A stretch of DNA of 63,314 nt, filler included, from Octopus bimaculoides (taxonomy: Eukaryota): assembly GCF_001194135.2 (NCBI RefSeq). It is 6 parts of 6 records of this genome, joined end to end, with 100 filler letters (N's around TTAATTAATTAA, not from the genome) between each part and the next. Parts side by side here need not be neighbours in the genome. Positions count along the whole stretch, not along the records: positions 16,484 to 41,807 come from NC_069002.1; 5 more parts are not named here. The stretch is one strand, 5' to 3'. This document shows, in pieces, positions 26,240 to 36,287 of this stretch (the first letter of the stretch is position 1; each line of letters begins with the position of its first letter). The notes under the pieces are model-generated. The model made no database searches, was not told the DNA's origin, and saw only the letters and a program-made list of their open reading frames with translations. The translations under genes were made by a program, and so were the position numbers.

Positions 26240-27055
26240 CGATCTTCGGCGACTCTTGTTGATAATAACAGCTGTGGTTAGGTATCGAAGAATGTGAGGA
26301 CATACAGTTTGTACCGTATTGAGATAAGGTGGTTGATAAAGAAGTAGATCTATGACGAGGTCCAGACCATCTCGATGCTTGAAGAAGACAAACAAGGACC
26401 AGTGAACGAACCAGGTTCTCTGCTGTAAGGTCTGCAAGGCTGGCCAGAAAGAGGCGTTGTTGTCGATATATTCTCTCAACCTGTTTAATTCTTCGAGAGC
26501 CGTGTCGAAGTTTTCGAGAAGAATTTCAGAAGCCAGGATACCCCACAGTGAATTGAGGTAGAGCTTGTCATTAGTTGGCAGTAGGGTACTGACAAAGTAG
26601 AGATATTGGCTAGTGAATTCATAGTTGCCACATTCGAACTGGTATTTGGCATAATTGTACATGTCTTCTGTAATATTTTCGCTGATGCCGTGACGAGTGA
26701 CAAGGTACTCATATAAATGACTACCATCTCGCACAGTTTCAATTTGGTTTATAACCTCAGGGAGATTCATCAATTTTGAAATGTTCTCAACACGAGATTC
26801 CAATATTTCAAGATGTTCCAATACGTTTTCTCTTTCTTCTTGAAAACTTTTGGTTAGATCTTGCGAAGGATACATCTTGTCATGTAGATTTTTGGCGTAA
26901 TCTACCATCTTAGTCTTCTTAATTAGCTCCAGTTTCCCACGCAGTATTTGTTTTTCATCGAATATCTTCTGGGAATGTACAAATTCCAAGAGTTTCAGCA
27001 TTAAATGCGGATCTAAATACTGTGAAAACCGGCTGAGCAGATCGAAGTTCGACAT
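26240..27055 (-). CDS. EIF3E: eIF3 subunit E (INT6) paralogue A, exon 1 of 2 (272 aa)
   Basis: ATG at 27055; YAKYQFECGNY, LWGILASEILL, LQQRTWFVHWSLFVFF and CPHILRYLTTAVI are eIF3e motifs; phase-0 donor TCG|GTGAGT at 26239. The spliced product is 442 aa. Confidence 0.95.
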
Positions 27056-27983
27056 GTTTGCTCTACCTCGCTAATGGAAAGGAATTATAGCCGGGGTAGT
27101 TTACAAAACCCGGAATCACGCACAGACTCCGGTGAAGCAACAGACCACTAACAATTATATATGTATTTCCTTTCCTGAACGAGAAAAAAATTTTTAAAGC
27201 TTTATCAAAACCTCATAGATATAAAATAAATCACAAATATAACAAGGAATATATATAAAAATATTTTTTCATACATAGGGATAGATTTTAGCTCGATACA
27301 AATGAAAACAATTAAAACGGAAAACGAAACAACTAGTAGGTTCTCCTTAATTACATGGCTAATGTCATATGGGGGATGATAGTCACGTGTCTCTACCACC
27401 GGTAAGCATGGTCTTTCGACTCAATCTTCGTATTAAATAAATATTCCTTTAATAAACCCGACTGTTAATTAACGTAATTTTAACGATGTCAAGAATCATT
27501 AAATGAGTCGTTGCTTAGCTCCAAGTCAACTCAGAATAAGCACATCTGTGATCGAAGACACTCCAGTCGTGCCCATCCCATCTTATTTTTTTACTTCGGC
27601 ATAATACATTACGAATTACATACATACATATAAATTGTGTCCCTTTTTTTAATGCGAATTTACAAATTTAGGTTATCTACCGCGGTGCTATCCTAGTTCG
27701 CGACTGCTTTTATAAGCAGCTGATGTACTGATTTCCCCATTCAGTGGAGAAGGAAGCCGGGTATGTTTTCTCTGGTGTCAACGAACTGTGAAACGGTCCG
27801 CCAAGAGCCCCCTCCCTCATTTTACTGTATCATAGTAATATAGAAAAAACGTGTACCGAAAGATGACCAAAACGTGTTTGTATTTCTATTTAATCAACAG
27901 CGAAGCTTTTTATAATAGTTTCATTTATTTTGTTTCTTCTGATTTACGCTGTTGTACATAATTCGTATGTTCTTTCTTTTTAA

Positions 27984-28220
27984 GACGCGAGAATGTGGAG
28001 TAATGGATTGGCAACGCGAGAATGTAAGTAGAGGGTAATTTGGCTGCTATTTCTAGCACATCAAGCGACCATGTAGGTTTCGCCTACGCCATAGTGGAGT
28101 AATCGATTGGCGACGCGAGAATGTAAGTAGCGGGTAATTTGGCTGCTATTTCTAGCACACCAAGCGACCATGTAGGTTTCACCTACGCCGTAGTGGAAGT
28201 GGAGAGTAATCGATTGGCGG
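27984..28220. repeat. 99-bp tandem duplication (~2.2 copies), CpG-rich
   Basis: ggctgctatttctagcaca recurs at 28042 and 28141, with flanks matching. Confidence 0.9.
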
Positions 28221-28515
28221 ATCATCTGTGCTGCAACTCTGCTTCGATTTTCAGAAAAAAAGAAAAAAAAAACACATACCCTCTCTCTCTCTCTCCCACA
28301 CAAACTTGTACTTCTGACCCCCTCTCTTTATATTGCTCTCTCATACAGGAAGAATTTCCAATATTTTAAGGGAAAATCGAAACAAGAGTTTTAGATATTT
28401 ATGAACGAGATTTCAAATGTGCATATGTTCTTATATATTCATTCCTTGTCATGAACCAAAAAAAAAAAAAAAAATACAACCTTTTGCCACCATTTTTTAA
28501 GATAAAACTGGCTGT

Positions 28516-28915
28516 GTGGTTAAGAAACTTGCTGCCTAACTATGTGGCCTTGTATTCAGTCCCACGGCATGGCACCTTGAGCAAGTGGCTTCTGCTATAA
28601 GCACAGGGCTGACCAAAGCATTGTGAGTAGATTTGGTAGACAGAGATGCAAAAATGCCCATCTGATATATGTATGCGTGTGTGATTATGTTTGCATATTT
28701 GTGTATGCTCTTGTTTTGACACCATGTGATGGTTATAAAAGTCTTTCATGAAAACGTTTTTGGTCACGAGAAAAAAAATTACCTTGCTTGGGAACAGATG
28801 AGGGTAGGCAACAGGAAAGGTATCCAACTGTAGAAAATACATCTCAGCAAATTCTAACCCATACAAGGAAAAATGGATGTTAAATGATGAAGTTGATAAT
28901 GATGGAATCAGAATT
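28516..28915 (+). mobile_element. SINE family-A head with RTE-like 3' tail (diverged)
   Basis: ctggctgtgtggtt...ggcaccttgagcaagtg head; tail ends ggatgttaaatgatga. Confidence 0.6.
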
Positions 28916-28970
28916 GATAAAAAATGTATCAACCCTCACTTGAATTAAATCTAAAATGTAATATAATATA

Positions 28971-29350
28971 GGCGCAGGAGTGGCTGTGTGGTAAGTAGCT
29001 TGCTTACCAACCACATGGTTCCAGGTTCATTCCCACTGCGTGGCATCTTGGGCAAGTGTATTCTACTATAGCCTCGGGCCGACCAAAGCCTTGTGAGTGG
29101 ATTTGGTAGACGGAAACTGAAAGAAGCCTGTCTTATATATATATATGTATGTGTGTGTATCTGTGGTGCTGGTGCCATGGAAACAAGCACCCGGTACACT
29201 CTGTAAAATGGTTGGCATTAAGAAGGGCATCCAGCTGTTGAAACCATGCTAAAACATACAATAGAATTTGATACAGCTCACCAGATCTTGTCAAACTATA
29301 GAACCTATGTCAGTATGGTAAATGGGCATTAAATGATGGTGACGATGATG
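28971..29350 (+). mobile_element. SINE family-A head plus microsatellite plus RTE-like 3' tail
   Basis: ggcgcaggagtggctgtgtggtaagtagcttgc head; tail gaagggcatccagctg...gcattaaatgatggtgacgatgatg matches the 3' end of the RTE at 30870-31295. Confidence 0.7.
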
Positions 29351-29489
29351 GTTGTGGTAGCAAAGATGATTGTGTAAGCATAAACTTTCCTTTCATATAT
29401 TTCATATTACACTCACTCGATTTGTGCTCCGACGCTGCTGTAAACTCACAGGAAAAAGGGGGTTTTGCATCTGATTGTATATATTTTAT

Positions 29490-29850
29490 TTAATGCTTAA
29501 CATCCAGATTATTCTTCCAAATATAATATTTTTTTTATTCATGTTGTTTTGAATGAATCAAGCATTACTTTGTAGCTCTGAAATTTTTGACGATATGATC
29601 GTATATTTTTAGAATGCCATTCAAGGGTAGATATGACAGTCTGGATCTGGCTGGTTTCAACATAAAGCAGGTAGAATATCTGGACCAGATAGGGTCAGCT
29701 TAACCCCTTAGCATTCAGACTATTTTGAATTAATCACGCATTATCTCACAGCTTTGAGATTTTAATGAAGTGATTGCAGGGTTGGTGTGTGAGGCTGGAT
29801 CTGGCCAGTTTAAATGCTGGATATGGCCGGTCTAAATGCTAAAGGAGTAA
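29490..29850 (+). mobile_element. Two tandem copies of a TTAA-type (piggyBac-like) MITE
   Basis: ttaacccctta...aaatgctaaaggagtaa ends; an internal block is repeated at 29490-29699. Confidence 0.55.
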
Positions 29851-30145
29851 AAAGATTATTAAGCCGCTTTAGCTCAGGGTTCCCCAACCAGGGGTACTCA
29901 CACCCCTTGACTGTGCAAGATAGTATTCCAGGGGGTGTGAGAACACATAAAAAGTTTTTAGGGATGCAAGGCATTACAAAGGTTGCTTTCGGTATTCAGT
30001 CTTTTAGTTTTAATTTTGATGTTCTTTAGATTTTCGAAAAGGTAAACAAAATGTGTTCCATGTTCCTGATTTTCTTTTATAAGAGATTTATATTATTTAC
30101 ATTATTTACATTTGACGGATATTCGTCCTCATCTTGTTTGTTGTT

Positions 30146-30191
30146 AACACAACGTTTCAGCTGATATACCCTCCAGCCTTCGTCAGGTGTC
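30146..30191 (-). ncRNA. Minimal type I hammerhead ribozyme motif (Penelope/retrozyme type)
   Basis: 5'-GACAC CUGACGA AG GCUG GAGGGUAUAU CAGC U GAAAC GUU GUGUU-3': stem I GACAC/GUGUU, CUGANGA core, stem II, GAAAC, palindromic AACGUU stem III, GUU cleavage triplet. Activity not demonstrated. Confidence 0.7.
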
Positions 30192-30400
30192 TTGGGGAAG
30201 GATAGAAAAATAATAGATTTATAAGCCTTAAAATTCACCCCATAATTTCCCACGAGCATATGGCGTAGTGGTTAAGAGCACGGGCTACTAATCCCAAGGT
30301 TCCGAGTTCGATTCACGGCAGCGACCTGATTAATAATAGTAATAATAATAATAATAGTAACATCGATAGGAATGAGAACCCAGGTTCGAAATTTCCCCAA

Positions 30401-30443
30401 GACTCCTGATGAAGGCTGGAGGGTATATCAGCCGAAACGTGTT
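30401..30443 (+). ncRNA. Hammerhead ribozyme motif, sense copy, with a 3-nt deletion next to the cleavage site
   Basis: CTGATGA (30406-30412) A GGCTG...CAGCC GAAAC (30434-30438); GAAACGTGTTAAC versus GAAACGTTGTGTTAAC in the other arm. Confidence 0.6.
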
Positions 30444-30869
30444 AACAACAAACAAGATGAGGACGAATATCCGTCAAATGTAAATAATGTAAATAATTCC
30501 TCATCTCTTAAATATAGAACTGAAGAGATTTATAGTTTATTATTTTTTATACCATTTTACTTGAGAGCCTCTTCATAAAAACAGCTTTATATATATAATT
30601 TTCAAATATGAAATAGAAAGCAGTGCTAGTGTAATAACCATTATAAACCACATGTACTTAATACAAATGCTTTGTGTTTGCTGGTAGGCCCTGAAATGGG
30701 CGTAGTTACAAAGCGAGCTTCTTAATCAAACAGCCATGCTAGCACCTAAGTCCCCTTTTATAAATTTCTGTTGGCATAGTTGCATCATTAAGAAGCTGGC
30801 TTTGGAATTACATGATTTGGGGTTCAATTTCACTGCATGGAATCTTGAGTGAAAACTGAGGACAGTTGC

Positions 30870-31295
30870 TTCAAGAACTGCCAATCTCTAATTGTAATGG
30901 GAACATGTGGAAGGGGTAAACCTAGGAAAATGTGGGATGAAGTGGTAGGAAAGGATCTACAAATGTTAGGACACACAGAAGGGATAAACAGGGAACTGTG
31001 ACTCCTGGAGGTTTGCCGTGCTTGAAAAGACACATCAAAAGCCTATTAAAATCATGGTTGCCCTTGCATACAGGCTTGTTCTTTGCAACCCTCTCCAGCT
31101 GAGCATCCCTAATCTTGCAGGCTCGTTGGTGCTGGTGCCATGTAAAAAGCACCCATGCTGGTCACCCAGTACACTCTGCAAAGCGGTTAGCGTTAGGAAG
31201 GGCATAGAAACCATGCCAAAACACACATGGGGCCTGAACAGCCCTTCAGCTCCTGTCGAACCATGCCAGCCTAGGGACGTTAAATGATGATGATT
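30870..31295 (+). mobile_element. RTE-type LINE 3' end with 3' UTR and (TGA)n tail
   Basis: GTCGRGKPRKMWDEVVGKDLQMLG is like RTE GRPRKTW..V..DL; ends ggacgttaaatgatgatgat. Confidence 0.75.
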
Positions 31296-31695
31296 AATGA
31301 GTCTGAGTTTGCAGTTGTCTGAAGGCGTATCGGTGAAATTTGATATATGGTAACTATCGAAAACCCCTCAAAGGGACCAGTCCTGTTTTTGAGAGGTGGA
31401 ATTTGTTGTGATGCCCTGTTTAAACCACCACCTGGTTCTTGGATGCCATTAGCAGGGTCCACTTTATTGTGAGTATAGGTCTCTAGTTTGAGAATAAGTC
31501 TCAGACAGTCTGAAAAGGGGTTATACTTACCTGAGCCCTTTTCTCCCTATGGACCATAAGCCAATAACAACTTTTCTAATTTTGTCCTTTTGGATCCCCT
31601 CTGTTCAGCTCTACTTCAGTATCCCTCCTCTAGCTGTTTTTAGGGTGTCCTCTCCTCTGCCTCCCTTGTTAGTTCCGGGTAATGTTTTCATGAAG

Positions 31696-32215
31696 GAAAG
31701 CACATGGCTCAGTAGTTACAGTATCAGGCTCACAATCATGAGGTTGTGAGTTCAATTCCCGGATCAGACTGTGCAAGATGCTTTATTTCACATTGCTTAT
31801 GGTGGTGGTGGTGGTGGGTTGTCTGACTCTTATATTGTTGGATTCTTGTAAGAATTAATTTTGTTGCTTACTTTTCATTTTTTTCTTGATATGTATTTTA
31901 ATTATTTTTTTTATTTTGTATAGATAAGAGGTAGTAGTTCAATTCTTAGACTGGGCTGAGTGTTGTGTTCTTGAGCAAGACACTTTATTTCACGTTGCTC
32001 CAGTTCACTCAGCTGTAGAAATGAGTTGTGACTTCACTGGTGCCAAGCTGTATCGGCCCCTTTGCCTTTCCCTTGGATAACATCGGTCGCGTGGAGAGGG
32101 GAGGCAAGTGTATACATGGGCGACTGCTGATCTTCCATAAACAACCTTGCCCAGACTTTCTAGGTGCAATCTCATGGTCATTCAGGACAAAAGGCGGCCT
32201 TTACCCTTTCCTAGG
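31696..32215 (+). mobile_element. SINE family C (tRNA-like head; ttgagcaagacact core), interrupted
   Basis: catggctcagtagtta...gagttcaattccc head; tgttcttgagcaagacactttatttcac.ttgctcc core shared with 59925-60180. Confidence 0.65.
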
Positions 32216-33444
32216 TCTTGTTGGTTTTTGAATTGTAACTGATGCCTCTGTATGCATTTTTTTCTAGGTAGGCATGTTGGCCCCATGTAAACCTATTTTT
32301 ACTTTTGAGAACAAGTGATCCATATTAGTCTGACCCCTACCTCTTTGATCTATCAAACATGGGACAGACAAAATTCTGCTAAGCAATTCACCTAACATGC
32401 TAATGACTCTGTCATCTCTCCATCTTGGGGAATATTAACTTAGTTGCAGACAAGTGAGGGTTTGTGACAGGAAGGGCATCTAACAATTGAAAATCTGCCT
32501 CAACAAATCTTGTCTGGCCCAAGCTGGCATGGAAAAGTGGACATTAAAAATGATGATTGTTGTATTGGTGCTGTTGACATTACTGCTTTGAAGGATGTAT
32601 TTGCTCATGGTAATTGTTTATTAAGTGAAAGTGACATCCAGTGTGTCTAGATTCCATGGAAAGGACCAAGGTGGATGACCAGATGACAGGTGTTAACACT
32701 GCTGAGTAAGGGTAGCTTTAATTCAAGGGCAGACAGAAGAGAAACAATGATGGGGTGGTTATGTTCATGCCTATAGAACTCCTGTCCATCACTCACTCAC
32801 ATTTCACCTCCAACCATCAGGTACTCTCCCCTCACATTCTTATAACTGACCCCTGCCTCATCTCCTGATCTCCTGCCTGCATCATCTCTTGCTTCCTGAA
32901 GGTTTTGCTTTGGTACTACATCACCACTAGCTTATCTTTTTCCCCTTATACTCTCACAAACCCAGGGTAGCCATGTATCTTCAGCTTGTCCTTGATATAA
33001 AATTCACCTTTCAACCCCCTCAAATACACCACCACAATTTAGTTTCCTTTTCCCTTTCTTGTCTTCCATGTTACTTAGCAAATCCCACCAGTGTTGGTGC
33101 CACACACACAACAAAAAAAAGCATGCAGTATACACAGCAAAAATGGTTGGTGTGAGGAAGAGCATCCAGCTGTAGAAAAGTAACCATGCTGAAGCGGACT
33201 TGGGGCAAGCATGATGCAGCCCTGTAGCTCACCAGACCCTATCGTATTGCCCCTACCAACCCATGCCAGCATGGAAAACAGGCACAAAATGACGATGAAC
33301 CTTAGCATTAACATTATAAGAATAAACTAGCTACTGTTAAAAATCAAAATGTGATTGTATACTCAATTTCCTTTGTTTGAAATTGAAGTAAAAACACTGA
33401 AATTAAAAATAAATTCAAAAGCCCAATGTATTTATTTATTTATT

Positions 33445-33479
<35 letters not shown>

Positions 33480-33512
33480 CATAAATTTACTGTACATTTG
33501 TAAATTTTTATA

Positions 33513-33799
33513 TTAATCCTGTCCCCACTGAGTGCCAGATTCAGGGAATTTCAATCCTAGTTTCTTATGGATATTTAGTGCAAGGAAGTGGGAACGAGAG
33601 TGCAAGTCTTTGGTTTTCTGGATTACTTGCTGGTAAGGGGAAATGGCTTTTGTTCCCATGACAACGTGACCTAGTTTAGAGTCTATTTTAGCATCGAGTC
33701 GGGCGTGTCGGATCAAATTGACAATCCACTGCTCTGCGGCATCGGGTGTCATGTTCAGCTTCTGCGACAGCATGTTGATGCTGATGCACTCGTGGATTC
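33513..33799 (-). CDS. EIF3E: eIF3 subunit E (INT6) paralogue B, exon 2 (5' ~220 bp predicted to lie in the N gap 33800-34347)
   Basis: [48 protein letters not shown]...QWGQD*; AATAAA motifs ~70 bp downstream. Confidence 0.9.
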
Positions 33800-34509
33800 N
33801 NNNNNNNNNNNNNNNNNNNNNNNNNNNNNNNNNNNNNNNNNNNNNNNNNNNNNNNNNNNNNNNNNNNNNNNNNNNNNNNNNNNNNNNNNNNNNNNNNNNN
33901 NNNNNNNNNNNNNNNNNNNNNNNNNNNNNNNNNNNNNNNNNNNNNNNNNNNNNNNNNNNNNNNNNNNNNNNNNNNNNNNNNNNNNNNNNNNNNNNNNNNN
34001 NNNNNNNNNNNNNNNNNNNNNNNNNNNNNNNNNNNNNNNNNNNNNNNNNNNNNNNNNNNNNNNNNNNNNNNNNNNNNNNNNNNNNNNNNNNNNNNNNNNN
34101 NNNNNNNNNNNNNNNNNNNNNNNNNNNNNNNNNNNNNNNNNNNNNNNNNNNNNNNNNNNNNNNNNNNNNNNNNNNNNNNNNNNNNNNNNNNNNNNNNNNN
34201 NNNNNNNNNNNNNNNNNNNNNNNNNNNNNNNNNNNNNNNNNNNNNNNNNNNNNNNNNNNNNNNNNNNNNNNNNNNNNNNNNNNNNNNNNNNNNNNNNNNN
34301 NNNNNNNNNNNNNNNNNNNNNNNNNNNNNNNNNNNNNNNNNNNNNNNGCTTGCAAGTTACTTGGGGAGCCTCACTAGTGCTAGTGTCACAAAAATGCACC
34401 CAGTACACTTTGTAAAGTGCTTAGCATCAGGAAGGACTTCCAGCCATTGGAATTATGCCAAAGCGAAAATTGGAGCTCAATACAGTCCTTTGACTTGTCA
34501 GATCTGTCA

Positions 34510-35556
34510 AACTGTCCAAATAATCCTTTCTATTATAGGCACAAAGCCTGAAATTTGAGGGAGGGGGATAAGCGATCACATAAACCCCAGTATTTTACTG
34601 GTATTTAATTTATCAACCCCGAAAGGATGAAAGGCAGAGTCGACCTTGGCGGAATTTGAACTCATAATGTTGCGACAGGCGAAATACCGCTAAGCATTTC
34701 GTCCAGTGTGTTAGCAATTCTGCCAGCTCACTGCCTTAATAATAATAATAATAATAATAATAATATACTACTATAGGCACAAGGCATGGAATTTCAGGGG
34801 AGGGTGTGAGTCATTTATATTGACCCAATGTTCAACTGGTACTGATTTTATCAACCCCGAAGGGATGGAAGGTAGAGTGGACCTCAGCAGAATTTGAACT
34901 CAGAGTGCCAAGACGGACGAAATACTGCTAAGTATTTTGCCCAGCGTGCTAACGATTCTGCCAGCTCACTGCCCTAATAATAATCCTTTCGACAACAGGC
35001 ATAAGTCCTGAAATTTAGGTGGGGGGGGGGAGGTAATCGATAACATCGACCCACGAAAGGATGAAAAGCTATGTCGACCTTGGCGGAATTTGAACTCACA
35101 GCGATGCGACAGGCGAAATACCGCTAAGCATTTTGCTCGGGGCGCTTACGGTTCTGCCAGCTCACCGCTTTAATAAATAATAATAATAATAATCCTTTCT
35201 ACTTAAAGCCTGAAATTTGGTGGGAGGGGACTAGTCGGTTATATCGACCCCCAATATTTCACTGGTACTTAATTTATCGACCCCGAAAGGATGAAAGGCA
35301 AAGTCGACCTCGGCGGAATTTGAACTCAGAACGTAGATAGAGACGAAATGCCGCTAAGCATTTTGCTCGCCATGCTAATAATTCCACCAGTTCGCCGCCT
35401 TAAATAATAACAAGGATTTTAAAGTTTGATACAAGGACAGCAACTTTAGGGAAATGGCGAAGTCGATTACGTCAACCCCAATGCACAACTGGTACTTATT
35501 TCATCGACCCCCAAGAGGATAAAAAAAAAAGCAAAGTCGACCCTGGTGGCATTTGA
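34510..35556 (-). mobile_element. Array of about five head-to-tail SINE family-B copies separated by (TAA)n, in the eIF3e-B intron
   Basis: gaaaggatgaaaggcaaagtcgacct.ggcggaatttgaactca recurs at ~34621, 34858, 35055, 35285 and 35515. Confidence 0.9.
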
Positions 35557-36287
35557 ATAAGATCCAATTTTAAAAAAAAGGGGGTGGGGTGTCAAAATCC
35601 CCCTCATAGAATCCAGGTGAGAACAACCAAGGGCAACAGGAGCCACTGACAGATTCCTTTAGTGAATTTATTTTGTTGCGTTTCCTTCAATGCAAACCCA
35701 GTTGAAATAGAAGAACGGTCTGAAATAGACATGAGCAACCCCTTTTTCAAGAAGCGGGCCGCATGAGACAGGGATCATCATTAGGTGAGCCACACTATAA
35801 AAAAAAAAAAGAGAAATTTTAAAGTAATTTTTTTTGTTTGGTATGCCATATTGAGAGAATCCCAGGGTCTAAACTAGAATTGACGAGATTTGAAACTTAT
35901 GGGAAGGGTGAAAGAAAAAACATGGCAACGAGGACGAATTTGTGCTTCAGGCAGGCCTAACAGAGCACTTCGTATTCTTATACCGAATATGGTTCGTCGA
36001 TTCATTTATAGTATTCTCTGAACCATTTACAGTGTTTCGTAATTGTTTGTAAACAAAATAAATGCCTATACAATAAATATCGGCAATCCTAGCTTTTAGC
36101 GTACCATTTTAATTCTTAGCATAAGGTAAAATAGGTCGAAATATTGACACACGTGCATAGGTGAGATAGTTAAGAGAGAGACAGATTGTGTATTGATGGA
36201 GTATACGTACTTTAGTTAATTAATAGGAGTTAGTATCAGACACATGTTAGTTTATAATAGTATATATAAATAATATAATCAACTCAC

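Larger units (their letters stand above)
30093..30522 (+). mobile_element. Non-autonomous retroelement: inverted hammerhead arm + tRNA-like head + (TAA)n + hammerhead arm, 12-bp TSD
   Basis: TSD AAGAGATTTATA at 30081-30092 and 30523-30534; arms 30093-30199 and 30393-30497 are near-perfect reverse complements; A box 30261-30271, B box 30304-30314. Confidence 0.85.

Noticed and set aside
30255-30328. Possible tRNA gene
   Set aside because: A and B boxes are present, but the acceptor and T stems do not pair properly, and it sits inside a TSD-bounded insertion. It is treated as a SINE head.
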